Positions 30,196 through 40,035 of a DNA stretch of 64,000 nucleotides are shown here, piece by piece; position 1 is the first letter of the stretch; each line of letters starts with the position of its first letter. The stretch is taken from contig CAKZLB010000013.1 of NCBI GenBank assembly GCA_937124965.1, positions 299,154-363,153 on the forward strand. The letters run 5' to 3'. Under the pieces are notes generated by a model. The model saw nothing but the letters and a program-made list of their open reading frames with translations. It was not told the origin of the DNA and did not search any database. A program made the translations under genes and the position numbers. The DNA comes from an uncultured Bacteroidota bacterium. Its GTDB lineage: Bacteria; Bacteroidota; Bacteroidia; NS11-12g; UBA9320.

Positions 30196-30234
30196 CATTG
30201 TAGCATTAAATCATTGTAGCATTGTAGCATTGTA
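30196..30234. repeat. Short tandem/interspersed repeat of (C)ATTGTAGC units
   Basis: cattgtagcatt at 30196-30207 and 30212-30223. attgtagcattgtagcattgta 30213-30234. Lies in the convergent ftsZ/pth intergenic region. Confidence 0.5.
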
Positions 30235-30241
30235 CAGCCTA

Positions 30242-30811
30242 CTACAAATCCTTCGTATTTACCAAATTCATGGCCATTCCAACTCCACGAAACACCATTT
30301 CTTCAATTCCTTTTTGCATTTTTTTATAAAGCTTAGGAAGCTCGCTTGCCTCAGTCTCTGTCCATTCACCTAAAACATAGTCAATCTGATGACCTGCAGA
30401 AAACTCTGCACCAATTCCAACCCGTAAGCGCGGGTATTTGCTCCCGTTTAACACCTCTTGAATGCTCTTTAATCCATTGTGTCCACCATCACTACCTTTG
30501 GTGCGCATTCTCAAGGTTCCAAATGGCAAGTTTAAGTCATCGGTGACTATAAGAATCTGATGCGGTTGCATCGACAATTTTTTCATCCAAAATTGCAATG
30601 CATTGCCACTCAAATTCATAAACGTATCAGGTTTCAGGAAATGTAGATTTCTCCCTCGATATTTATGTGTTGCATACGCACCAAAGCGATCATTTTCAAA
30701 AGTAAAATCATATGCCTCGGCTAGATAATCCAAAAAATCAAAGCCTACGTTGTGACGGGTTCGAGCATATTTGTCTCCAATATTACCTAAACCGACTATC
30801 AAATATTTCAT
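30242..30811 (-). CDS. pth: Peptidyl-tRNA hydrolase
   Basis: 'MKYLIVGLGNIG.KY..TRHN.GF', 'DDLNLPFG', 'GGHNGLKS'. Confidence 0.9.
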   Translation of the reverse strand: MKYLIVGLGNIGDKYARTRHNVGFDFLDYLAEAYDFTFENDRFGAYATHKYRGRNLHFLKPDTFMNLSGNALQFWMKKLSMQPHQILIVTDDLNLPFGTLRMRTKGSDGGHNGLKSIQEVLNGSKYPRLRVGIGAEFSAGHQIDYVLGEWTETEASELPKLYKKMQKGIEEMVFRGVGMAMNLVNTKDL

Positions 30812-32007
30812 TTCTCTTCTGCTGCTTTTAACGATGGGTAAATTGATGCTAAAAAACCCAATAAACTAATAACCATGACAACACCAATAATATCATACAG
30901 TTTTAAGTTGACTGGAAAATACTCAACGAAACTGCCTTCTAATGGAACAATACCATAGGTGTGTTGGACAAAAATAAAACCTATTCCAATGAACAACCCC
31001 ACGAAGATACCGGTCCATGTAATTAACAAACCTTCGGTTAAGAAAATTTTTCGAATGGTGCTTTGCTCTGCTCCCATGCTTCTCAGAATACTTATATCCT
31101 TTTTCTTCTCTAGCACAAGCATCGTAAGCGCCCCTACTGTGTTAAAAGCAGCTATTAGAACAACTAGAGTCAAAATTGCAAACGTTGCCCATTTTTCAGT
31201 TTTAAATACCTTGTATGCGGATTCATTTTGTTCTGATCGATTAAGTACTTCATAGCTATCGCCTAGAATTTCAATCAATACACTCTGTACTGTTTTGATC
31301 TCATCCGGAACGACCTTTAGCTCTAATCCACTAACTCTACCCTCCACATTAAATAACGCCTGCACTACAGGCAATGAAGCCACAATTAAGTCCTTATCTC
31401 CCTCTTCGTTTAACACAACCACTCCCGATGGCACAACATATTGCATGCTCAGCGATGCATCAGGATTCAGTTGATTATACTCCACTCCTTTCTTTGGAAC
31501 AAAAAGCGTAGCTTGTGTTTGAATGCTTTCGATATTAACATTAAGACTGGACGCGATCGAACTTCCAAAAACAGCATAATTGCGTTTGTCGTCGCTTAGC
31601 TTGTAATCGCCATAAACAATAAATGTGTCAATATTTGTAACGTTTTTGAAACGTTGATCAACGCCTTTTATTTTGGAAATTTCCTGTGCATCACCGTATC
31701 TCACAACAACATTATCCTCCAACGTTTGAGAAATAAACTCAATGCCCTTTGTTTCTTCTATCAGGTCAATTAAAGAGTCTGCTGGAAACGTCTTGGCAAA
31801 TTTTGCAGTAATTTTAATGTCTGGGTCAAACGAGTCGTTCATTCCCATTACCAGCCCTTCCAATCCGTTTAAAAAAGAAAGAATGATAATCATAACAGCG
31901 GTACCGACAGTAAAAATTAATACTGAAATCGCCGAAATAATATTAATCGCGTTGGTATTTTTTTTCGAAAAAAGATACCGTCGTGCTATGAACCTAACAA
32001 GATTCAT
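30808..32007 (-). CDS. Lipoprotein-release ABC transporter permease (LolC/LolE, FtsX-like)
   Basis: N-terminal TM, large periplasmic loop, C-terminal FtsX 3-TM bundle ('ILRSMGA…I..IF..EG'). Confidence 0.8.
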   Translation of the reverse strand: MNLVRFIARRYLFSKKNTNAINIISAISVLIFTVGTAVMIIILSFLNGLEGLVMGMNDSFDPDIKITAKFAKTFPADSLIDLIEETKGIEFISQTLEDNVVVRYGDAQEISKIKGVDQRFKNVTNIDTFIVYGDYKLSDDKRNYAVFGSSIASSLNVNIESIQTQATLFVPKKGVEYNQLNPDASLSMQYVVPSGVVVLNEEGDKDLIVASLPVVQALFNVEGRVSGLELKVVPDEIKTVQSVLIEILGDSYEVLNRSEQNESAYKVFKTEKWATFAILTLVVLIAAFNTVGALTMLVLEKKKDISILRSMGAEQSTIRKIFLTEGLLITWTGIFVGLFIGIGFIFVQHTYGIVPLEGSFVEYFPVNLKLYDIIGVVMVISLLGFLASIYPSLKAAEEK

Positions 32008-32427
32008 TTAGTCCTCAGGATCTTTCTTGATTTTTTCTAATAAATCGTTGATTCGTGCTGCTCGATCTATTCTATCGTCTTGATAAAACTGTAAATCAGG
32101 AATCTTGCGCATTTGGTCTTTTAACTTTTGTGCGAGGTAGTGACGAATGGTTGCTTTGTTGTCTTGAAGAATTTGTAAATCTTTCTCTTTGTCTTTGGAA
32201 TTTAGAAAGCTCAAAAACACCTTAGCAAGACCTAGATCAGGTGTTACCTCAACTTCCAACACAGTGACAAGAACCCCATTTAAAAGTTGCTGAGAAGCAG
32301 AGTCAATGATCTCACCGAGATCTTTCTGCATTTGTTTACCTAATTTATCCTTTCTACTCAAGTCGTTATATTTAGCAGCAAAGCTACGATATAATGAAGA
32401 AAAACGAATTAACTTAGACCGGCACAT
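32008..32427 (-). CDS. rbfA: Ribosome-binding factor A (start uncertain, probably downstream of the annotated ATG)
   Basis: 'RKDKLGKQMQKDLGEII…LVTVLEVEVTPDLGLAKVFLS' matches the RbfA KH-like core. ~20 extra N-terminal residues in the ORF-track model. Confidence 0.75.
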   Translation of the reverse strand: MCRSKLIRFSSLYRSFAAKYNDLSRKDKLGKQMQKDLGEIIDSASQQLLNGVLVTVLEVEVTPDLGLAKVFLSFLNSKDKEKDLQILQDNKATIRHYLAQKLKDQMRKIPDLQFYQDDRIDRAARINDLLEKIKKDPED

Positions 32428-32494
32428 CCCTCATTGACCGTTTTTTATTTGGTATGTAGCGTTTATATTTGATTAAATCTAAAACAGAATAGCC

Positions 32495-32839
32495 ATGACA
32501 CGACAAGAATATATCGCCGTATGCTCAACCTGCACCAACAGAAAGTTCAACCCTAAACTCGGTATAATATGCGGACTCACAAGTGAAATAGCATCATTCG
32601 AAAATACGTGCGAATCGTATGACGATGATCAAGAGCAAATTGCTGCTTTAGAAAAGAAAGAGACTTCTTATACAAATAAAAATGATAGTACGACAACAAA
32701 AGACATTTTTATCGGTGGTGCTATTTTTGTTGGAGGCGTGGTTGCTACCGTTGCAGACCTTGGATACGTTTTTTATGGCGCAATTATTTTCGGTGGATTT
32801 AAACTAGTCCAAGGTTTAATGTCTGCGGATGAAGCGTAA
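32495..32839 (+). CDS. Hypothetical small protein: 4-Cys zinc-ribbon-like N-terminus plus Gly-rich TM C-terminus
   Basis: CSTC…x16…C…x12…C. C-terminus 'GGAIFVGGVVATVADLGYVFYGAIIFGG'. Confidence 0.4.
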   Translation: MTRQEYIAVCSTCTNRKFNPKLGIICGLTSEIASFENTCESYDDDQEQIAALEKKETSYTNKNDSTTTKDIFIGGAIFVGGVVATVADLGYVFYGAIIFGGFKLVQGLMSADEA

Positions 32840-32871
32840 AATAATGGCTTACCCCTCAACGTACACAAGCC

Positions 32872-33183
32872 ATGTGGATGACTACAATGTTACCTAAACT
32901 AAATAACAAATTACTTTCCGCGCAACTTCATGGAGGTATTGTGCTGTTATTTTTTAGTTATTTAACTTGGAGATGGGTAGAATCCCTCTTATCGTATAAT
33001 CCAAATCCAGAACTGCAAGGACTAATCGGCACCTTTGGATACCCAATCAAAACCTTAGAATTCTTTGTCGTATCATCGTTAGCAGGTTTTGTTGTCGGTG
33101 CATTGGTATATGATCAAAGAATTATCATTCGAACTGGATATTATTGCTCTACTGTAATATTACTTCTGCAAATTTTATTATAG
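32872..33183 (+). CDS. Hypothetical small membrane protein
   Basis: Three predicted hydrophobic helices. No domain recognised. Confidence 0.35.
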   Translation: MWMTTMLPKLNNKLLSAQLHGGIVLLFFSYLTWRWVESLLSYNPNPELQGLIGTFGYPIKTLEFFVVSSLAGFVVGALVYDQRIIIRTGYYCSTVILLLQILL

Positions 33184-33198
33184 ATATAAGTACCTAAC

Positions 33199-33627
33199 AT
33201 GAAGGACTACTATAAAATCTTGGGATTAACAAGTACGTGCACATTTTCCGATATCAGGAAAGCATATCGAACAAAAGCCTTGGAGCTGCATCCCGATGTT
33301 AATAATAGTAAAACGGCTAAAGCTGACTTTATAAATATTAATGAGGCGTACACTGTTTTAAAGAATCCGGTTAGACGAGCACAATACGACAACCTGCAAT
33401 TTCGTCCGCTTAATAAAACTAGGCCTTCGGACAGGAGAAACCAACGCAGATCTTCGCGGGTTTATCGCAGCGCAGAGCGTGGTAAACAAAATGGGAAAGA
33501 ACAGGGTGTAAATTCTAAGGATAAAGTCGAAAAGAAAAGCAACAGCATTTTTACTTGGTTTTTTGGAGATGTAATCATTGAATTGGCGTTGGAGGGTATA
33601 TTTTTTATTATACGGTTATTCTTATAA
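33199..33627 (+). CDS. J-domain (DnaJ N-terminal domain) protein with C-terminal TM helix
   Basis: 'DYYKILGL…IRKAYRTKALELHPDVN…INEAY.VL.NP.RRAQYD' with HPD tripeptide. Basic linker. Hydrophobic C-terminus. Confidence 0.7.
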   Translation: MKDYYKILGLTSTCTFSDIRKAYRTKALELHPDVNNSKTAKADFININEAYTVLKNPVRRAQYDNLQFRPLNKTRPSDRRNQRRSSRVYRSAERGKQNGKEQGVNSKDKVEKKSNSIFTWFFGDVIIELALEGIFFIIRLFL

Positions 33628-33669
33628 TCGTGGTTTAACTATTCGTCCTACATTTTATATATTTACCAC

Positions 33670-34122
33670 ATGAAAACCAAAAACACGCTATTTACTATAG
33701 CAACTGCTAGTCTTTTTGTGTTCGCCTCTTGCGGACAAAATGCTGATAAAACATCTGAATCGGATAAAACCGAGACTAACGAAACAACAAAAAGTGAATC
33801 GGCTTCCTCTGAGCCTGAATCTAAATCTCAACTTGGAAATTTTGAGACATTAGTTGGTAATTGGACCGTTGATGCTGCGACTGCTGGATTACAAATGGAC
33901 ATTTCATTCACCGACGACGGTCAATTTCATCAAAAAATGGGAGAAAGCCACAATCAGTCAGGTACGTGGGAAATTGTAGATGACCAACATATAAAAATTG
34001 TTACGCCAAGTACAGAAGGTCAAACATGGTTAGTAACAGATCTAAACGACGAAAGTGTCAATATCTGCTGGAACCCAGACAGCGAAAAGCCAAAAACGAT
34101 TCCGTTTCAACGCGCAGAATGA
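33670..34122 (+). CDS. Hypothetical lipoprotein
   Basis: Signal peptide plus lipobox 'VFASCGQ'. Confidence 0.5.
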   Translation: MKTKNTLFTIATASLFVFASCGQNADKTSESDKTETNETTKSESASSEPESKSQLGNFETLVGNWTVDAATAGLQMDISFTDDGQFHQKMGESHNQSGTWEIVDDQHIKIVTPSTEGQTWLVTDLNDESVNICWNPDSEKPKTIPFQRAE

Positions 34123-34420
34123 TGGAACAAGATCAGTGGTTAAACTGGATGAAGAAATAATAAGCTCTGGTTTAGAATCCTGTGCGAATCTATATGAGCC
34201 AATAATATTATACAAATATCCTGACTCATCATTCGACCGGAGCATTGAAGCGTATGAAGATGATGGTTTTATCTACATATACATATTCGGGGGACAGAAC
34301 GCCAGTACATATTTCGCAAAATTAGTGTTTAATGAAACGGGTTATATCACATCGATTATTGTTGATTACATGCCATTGAGTATGCATGGTAGTTTTGGTG
34401 AGAACTTTATTGGATTTTGA
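34055..34420 (+). CDS. Doubtful ORF overlapping the 3' end of the upstream lipoprotein gene
   Basis: Only in-frame ATG is at 34055 (68-nt overlap with the upstream gene). No domain recognised. May be spurious or start at GTG 34136. Confidence 0.2.
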   Translation: MSISAGTQTAKSQKRFRFNAQNDGTRSVVKLDEEIISSGLESCANLYEPIILYKYPDSSFDRSIEAYEDDGFIYIYIFGGQNASTYFAKLVFNETGYITSIIVDYMPLSMHGSFGENFIGF

Positions 34421-34460
34421 CCAAAGTGTATCTTCAGTCACTCCATGTCTACTGACAGAC

Positions 34461-34493
34461 AAGCCTAACGTCGCTTCCTCTGAAAGACGTTCC
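34461..34493. repeat. Member of a degenerate dispersed intergenic repeat family (copy D)
   Basis: aagcctaacgtcg…cgcttcctctgaaagacgttcc. Compare cgctctgaatgacgtttcc at 50098 and cgctttgaatgacgtcgc at 52326. Lies immediately 3' of the giant helicase gene. Confidence 0.3.
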
Positions 34494-34548
34494 TAGGAAA
34501 TTTCGCGACACCTCTATTCACTATACGCTTTTCACTATTCACTCTTAG

Positions 34549-37500
34549 TTATTCACTCTTAAAAACGTAGCCTTTTTTAACTTTTTTACCAATCATTTTC
34601 TCTTTTTCTTCCAATGCCTTTTCATTCGTAGCAAACGGTTTTTCAGAGACCTGAGGTTTGTTTCCAATGCGTCCATAACGCACAATCACTGAAGATTCAG
34701 CAACTCCGATTTCCCAATATTTGTTACTCGTTCCTTCAACAAACTCATACCGTTCGAATGGAATATCGCCAGTTACCTCGTTCGACGGTTTACTCTCCAC
34801 TTCATCCAACGATGGTTCCGTTATTACTTCTTCTGTTTCTTCAACTTTTTCATCTTCAACAACGTAGATTTTTGTTTCCGCTTCATGAACTTCTTCATCA
34901 ACATCTTCGCCTGCCTCAAACAAATCATCGACATTGACAGCTTTCTCAAACACCGTTTTATTTTCGAGGATTTTCTTAAGTTTTTCAAGAACACGTTCCT
35001 TTTGTTCAAACCAATCTTTGTAAAGCACACGTGTTATCTTCCAACCAAAAGATTTTAAGATTTCTGGTCGCTGGCAATATTGTTCCAACACGTCATCGTT
35101 TGAATAATGATGTGCATGATCAATCAAAATCCCCAACTGGTATCGATCTTCACCATCTACCTTAATCGCTAAATCACACTTAAAATGGGATTGTCCTACT
35201 CCTACATCAGCGGCGTAACCCATTTTATCAAGCTCTTTTTTCAACTGCTGAACAATCAACTTGTTGTCTAAACTTTCAAGTTCTTCGGTCTGACTCATTG
35301 AGTCAAGAATCACATTTGCTTCTCCAATTCGCCCTTCAGATATTAGTCGAGCGTAACTTAAAAAGCGCTTGAAGTAGTTTGCTCCTTCGTTATAGTCGTT
35401 TTTGATATCTTGTGGTTGGATACTCGAAACAACTACCATGTTTCGTTTCGCTCTTGAGAAAATTACATTCAATCGTTTCTCTCCTCCCCTCCTATTTATT
35501 GGTCCAAAATTCATGTACATTTTTCCTGAATGATTGTAACCATAACAAACGCTCATGATAATGATATCACGCTCATCACCCTGCACATTTTCTAAATTCT
35601 TTACAAAAAGACCATTAAACTGGTCTTCATCCATTCGCTGGTATTCTTGTTCCAATCGTGCTTCAAAATCACGATCATCTGTACACAAACGTTGTAAAGC
35701 AGCCTCAATTTCAGACTGTTGTTCCATAGAAAATGCGACCACACCAATGCTTCTTCCATCCTTATGATTCAGCAGCTGCTGAACCATCTTTGCGATGTAA
35801 TTTGCTTCATCAACGTTTTTACGCTTTTCATAGGTTGCATTTTCCAAGTAATGATAGCTAATGCTTTTTGACAACATCTTATCAATATCAATGTCTTCAG
35901 AAATGTCCGTGACTGGAAGGGATTCTTCACTTTGCGATTGATGCATGACATTATCAGGAATCGTTAAAAGTCCTCGTTTGTAAAACGCAGCATTGCTAAA
36001 ACTAATTAAGCTTTCATGCCTGCTTCTATAATGCCAACCCAGCATCACCGACGATAGTTTTCGTCCACCTTGGTTCAGCAAGCTATCTGCATCAAGGCTT
36101 ATCCCGATATGTTCTTCGGTTTCACTTTCATCTTCATCGACGGTATTGCTTGAGCTAAAGAAATTCGTCGGCGGCATTTGCATTTCATCTCCAACAATGA
36201 TGGTTTGTTTGGTTCTAAAAAGCGATGGAACACCTTCTTCCACAGTAATCTGACTCGCTTCATCATAAATTACCACATCAAATAAATCAACGTCAATTGG
36301 CATGGTGTCACTCACACTGAGTGGACTCATCAGCCAAACCGGTTTTAAAGCAGTTAGCAATGAATTTGTTTCTTCACCCGCCAATTCACGAATCGACTTA
36401 TAGCGCATCGATTTACCGAATTCATTTTCTAATATTCGTCGAGCCGCAAGCCATAACTTCTTCTGTACTTTTTCCTCTTGCGTTAATTGAGCGGCGACAG
36501 ATTCGGTAACGCGAATCATGTCGGAAAACTCATCTCGAATTTTCGCCCGAATGTGTTCAACGTTACTCTCGTAATATTTGTCAAGCAATGCATTTATTCT
36601 TCGAATACTTATTTCCAAACTGTCGTCTTCGACCCTTGCAAAATTTGCTTGAGTTTCATAAATATCTTTGAGCGATTTATAAGCAAAATTGAATTCAAAG
36701 TCAGCCAAGTCCCAAGGCATTTGATACAAACAATGCTTTAGCTCTGGACTTACATTTTTTGCTTTTTCGATAAATGGCATCATTGCCGATAACGAACTAA
36801 CAACTGGTTTACTTTTTTGCAATTTCTCGTCTAAATTTTCAACTTTTAAATTTCGCACATCACCATAAAGCTGTTCGACATTTTCATATAGCTCTTGAAA
36901 CATGGCAGCTTGGCCATTCAACGCATTGATCTCTTCTAATGCATTCTCTCTAACCCAATGACCAAGTGTTTTTGTTGGATGCAATTGCATCTCTTCAATC
37001 CATTTCGTCTCATCATCCCAGGCCTCCAATCCGAAACTTGACATCGTTTGAGTTCTAAGTCGCTCAATCTGATCTTTACAAGTGTACTCATCATTCAGGT
37101 TTGTGAGCAGTTTTTCAAAATCTGGTTTAATCTTGTGCGCTTCAAGATTGTACGATTCTGCAATTTGTCCTTTTAGTTTATAAAAGGCGGGATTTACAAA
37201 ACGTAAAATGGAGCTATTCAGTTTCTTCCATTGAATAAGGGCTTGCTCAGCGTCGTCTTTGCCCCACTTCTGTTTCCAGTTACTGTTCGATTTTTCGAGA
37301 CTGGCTTTTTCTTGCAACAAAGACTGTATTGATTTTTTAGCTTCGTATAAATCAGCCGCCTCATTCGAACCTCTTGAAAACACTTGGAGTTTTCCCTTAT
37401 TGACTATCGTTCCTAAGCGCTCTGCTAATTGAAACCTTTCCTTCCAAAGACTCAATTTCATCTTTTCAGGATCATCAATATCGAAATCATCTAACTGTTC

Positions 37501-40029
37501 TAGCCAATTATCTAATATCGTTACAGACTTTTCAATTTTGTCTAAAACGACTTGTTTTGGATTTGACGATTCAATGATTGAAGTTTCGAGCTGAGCAAAT
37601 GGGTACTGCGAAATTGCTTTTTCTAATCCTGCAGTTTTCAATTGTTCAATCCAGTCAGTTATCCACTCTCGCTCCGATTTCCATTCCGAATATAAAGCAA
37701 ATTGAACGATAGCCGTTTCAGACGGATAGACACGATGTGCATTGAATCTATGCAATACTTCGAATAGCTCAATTGGCGGCACTTCGCCAGATTTCATTTG
37801 TTTATGAAAAAATGCCAATTTCTCTGTTTCCGCTTCGATTGCATCTACTACAAACTTCCTGTTTCTTTCTATTTCATTTAGGTCTAGTGTATTCGAAATG
37901 AAGCTTTCATACGTTTCTTTGAGGTTCAGGATGAATGATTTTTTATCCGCCTGAGAATCGTGTATCAAACAGCACAATTCGTCTAGTTTCCGATTTTTCA
38001 ATCTATGGAATACAACGTCCAATGCAGCACGTTTTTCACAAACAAACAAAATCTTTTTGCCTCGTGAAATGTAGTCTGCAATTAGATTTGTAATTGTCTG
38101 TGACTTACCTGTACCAGGAGGTCCCTGAATGATATAACTTTGTCCAGTTCTCGCTAACTCTATTGCTTTTGTTTGGGTTGGATCCGCAGAAATAATTGGA
38201 AAATTTGTCGCTAAATCTGAGTTGCTTTCTGTATCGTTTAGAACACGCTGTGGCAACTCACTAAATAGTTGGTCGAATATTTCATCAGACGTTTTAGAAT
38301 CAATTATCTCATTGTAATCACGCACCAAGCTCATCTTACGATAGTTAAAATTACCAATTGTGATGTTGCATGTATCTACTTCCCAAACCAATGGATTTAC
38401 GTCGCCTTCATTGTCTGTGGTATAAAACGTTCTAGCCTTTTCTTGAACCGCATTATTTGTTGGACTTAAACTGTCATTGATAATGTATTCTAGCGCACTG
38501 TTTTTGTAGCGAATTCGCTCTTTAAAAATTTGTAACCCTAACGGAATGAAATCGTCGTTTGAATAGGAATAATGGAAATTACGTACGTTTAGCGCAGCTG
38601 CTTTTTTGGTTAATTTGTGTGTTCGTAGATTAAAGTTCTTTTTAGCTATGGTATGTATTAGTTTAATCTTTGGCTTTTGACGCCATTCTATAGAAATTCC
38701 AGAACCATCTGATGCAATTTGTTGCTGAATAGTATTCACCAAATCCTCAACATCACTTGTTTCCAAGTCAATAAAACTTGGCAAATCGATATCATACAAA
38801 TCCTTGAGATAATTACTTAAAATCGGATTTATCTCAGCTTCCGTGCTATCAAATCCAATAATAAATTGATCTCGAACTCCTTTTTTCTTTGTTACTGTAG
38901 CTGGCAGTAATAAAAGCGGTGACGTAATTTTCTCTGTATTATCTTCCTTAAAATTATACCAATGTAGGAACGCAACAACCACCCGCAATTGACTAAAACC
39001 ATACTCATTCTGACTTCGTCGAGCATCCAACCGAATTTTGTTTAAGGTTGGAGCGATGATTTTATTTTGCCCGATTTCGACGAAGTTATTGACGATGATC
39101 TTTTTGGACTTAATCACCTTTTTTCGGATATTATCGTTCCAAAATATCAAGTCTTTTTCACGAATATTTTCGTGATCTAACAATAGCGGAACGGATGATA
39201 TCGTGAGGTTTAAGAAGTTTTGTTGTTCTCTAAAATATAACAACTTATTCCGTCTACTAATATCAAATAGCCGATTCTTAAGCTTTGCTAGTATCCATTG
39301 ATTACGCGTTGATGTTTCTTGATTTCGAAATCCTTCTGTTTCTGTTAAATCAACATAATTTTCAGGATTATACTCCCGATAGTTGTTCAGTTTGGTAATT
39401 GCCTCTTCCAAATTCGACAAACGATCTTCTCGGTATACCTGCGTCATTTCATAAATGACATTGTGTGCCGTTGGGTGAAGCGATTGATTAAGAAAAAACA
39501 GCCGTTTCCGATTTTCAACAAAAGCCTCCAAGTCATCTTTCTCTCGAAAATCTAATTGATACGCCACACTTGCGAGTATCATCCCGAGGTTAAAAATATC
39601 CGTGATTGGATCGTAATGACCCAAGGCGTACTCCCATGATTTGTAATTTGGAAGGTATGACGCTTGAGACGGCGAAGTATTCTCATCCATGTGAATGAGA
39701 TTGGTTGAGTACTCAGAGCTTTGAGTATCGACATCCAGTTTCTCTGTATACCCTTGATCAACCTCTATACTTGACTTTTGATTCGGCTTTACAAATAATG
39801 GACGCGTTGCATACTGAATAGTTTTAGCAGGACCTGAAACACTCAACCGATTATCGATGTATTCAATTTGTTGAATGTGGGTAATCATTGCAACCTGATT
39901 ATTCTCGTGTAGGTATTTAACCTTTTCAAGAAGCGGAAGCGTATAGGCGATAAAATCAGGTGTTTTAAGCTGACCGAAATCCTTAATTCTATCGATAAGG
40001 TGAAATATGTTTTGTGAGGTATTTTCCAT
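34549..40029 (-). CDS. Giant (1826 aa) multidomain protein: N-terminal kinase-like C-lobe signature region, DUF4011, Upf1-like SF1 helicase core, Vsr/DUF559-like endonuclease fold, acidic linker, C-terminal WGR domain
   Basis: DUF4011-like 'NKLLYFR…YGFSQLRVVVAFLHWYN…SPLLLLPATV'. Walker A 'IIQGPPGTGKSQT' (aa 633-645). Motif II 'DEASQ' (1256-60). Motif III 'VGDEMQMPP'. Motif IV 'GWHYRSRHESL'. Motif V 'VQGDERDIIIMS'. Motif VI 'EKRLNVIFSRAKRNMVVV'. Endonuclease-like 'FKCDLAIKVDGEDRYQLGILIDHAHHYS'. WGR 'YWEIGVAESSVIVRYGRIGNKPQVSEKPF…A…KVKKGY' (aa ~1755-1826; nt 34552-34767). Confidence 0.85.
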   Translation of the reverse strand: MENTSQNIFHLIDRIKDFGQLKTPDFIAYTLPLLEKVKYLHENNQVAMITHIQQIEYIDNRLSVSGPAKTIQYATRPLFVKPNQKSSIEVDQGYTEKLDVDTQSSEYSTNLIHMDENTSPSQASYLPNYKSWEYALGHYDPITDIFNLGMILASVAYQLDFREKDDLEAFVENRKRLFFLNQSLHPTAHNVIYEMTQVYREDRLSNLEEAITKLNNYREYNPENYVDLTETEGFRNQETSTRNQWILAKLKNRLFDISRRNKLLYFREQQNFLNLTISSVPLLLDHENIREKDLIFWNDNIRKKVIKSKKIIVNNFVEIGQNKIIAPTLNKIRLDARRSQNEYGFSQLRVVVAFLHWYNFKEDNTEKITSPLLLLPATVTKKKGVRDQFIIGFDSTEAEINPILSNYLKDLYDIDLPSFIDLETSDVEDLVNTIQQQIASDGSGISIEWRQKPKIKLIHTIAKKNFNLRTHKLTKKAAALNVRNFHYSYSNDDFIPLGLQIFKERIRYKNSALEYIINDSLSPTNNAVQEKARTFYTTDNEGDVNPLVWEVDTCNITIGNFNYRKMSLVRDYNEIIDSKTSDEIFDQLFSELPQRVLNDTESNSDLATNFPIISADPTQTKAIELARTGQSYIIQGPPGTGKSQTITNLIADYISRGKKILFVCEKRAALDVVFHRLKNRKLDELCCLIHDSQADKKSFILNLKETYESFISNTLDLNEIERNRKFVVDAIEAETEKLAFFHKQMKSGEVPPIELFEVLHRFNAHRVYPSETAIVQFALYSEWKSEREWITDWIEQLKTAGLEKAISQYPFAQLETSIIESSNPKQVVLDKIEKSVTILDNWLEQLDDFDIDDPEKMKLSLWKERFQLAERLGTIVNKGKLQVFSRGSNEAADLYEAKKSIQSLLQEKASLEKSNSNWKQKWGKDDAEQALIQWKKLNSSILRFVNPAFYKLKGQIAESYNLEAHKIKPDFEKLLTNLNDEYTCKDQIERLRTQTMSSFGLEAWDDETKWIEEMQLHPTKTLGHWVRENALEEINALNGQAAMFQELYENVEQLYGDVRNLKVENLDEKLQKSKPVVSSLSAMMPFIEKAKNVSPELKHCLYQMPWDLADFEFNFAYKSLKDIYETQANFARVEDDSLEISIRRINALLDKYYESNVEHIRAKIRDEFSDMIRVTESVAAQLTQEEKVQKKLWLAARRILENEFGKSMRYKSIRELAGEETNSLLTALKPVWLMSPLSVSDTMPIDVDLFDVVIYDEASQITVEEGVPSLFRTKQTIIVGDEMQMPPTNFFSSSNTVDEDESETEEHIGISLDADSLLNQGGRKLSSVMLGWHYRSRHESLISFSNAAFYKRGLLTIPDNVMHQSQSEESLPVTDISEDIDIDKMLSKSISYHYLENATYEKRKNVDEANYIAKMVQQLLNHKDGRSIGVVAFSMEQQSEIEAALQRLCTDDRDFEARLEQEYQRMDEDQFNGLFVKNLENVQGDERDIIIMSVCYGYNHSGKMYMNFGPINRRGGEKRLNVIFSRAKRNMVVVSSIQPQDIKNDYNEGANYFKRFLSYARLISEGRIGEANVILDSMSQTEELESLDNKLIVQQLKKELDKMGYAADVGVGQSHFKCDLAIKVDGEDRYQLGILIDHAHHYSNDDVLEQYCQRPEILKSFGWKITRVLYKDWFEQKERVLEKLKKILENKTVFEKAVNVDDLFEAGEDVDEEVHEAETKIYVVEDEKVEETEEVITEPSLDEVESKPSNEVTGDIPFERYEFVEGTSNKYWEIGVAESSVIVRYGRIGNKPQVSEKPFATNEKALEEKEKMIGKKVKKGYVFKSE

Positions 40030-40035
40030 GGTCGA

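Noticed and set aside
32008-32427. ATG at 32427 as the rbfA start
   Set aside because: It adds ~20 non-conserved residues before the RbfA core. The true start is probably a downstream non-ATG codon. The gene is kept but the start is flagged uncertain.
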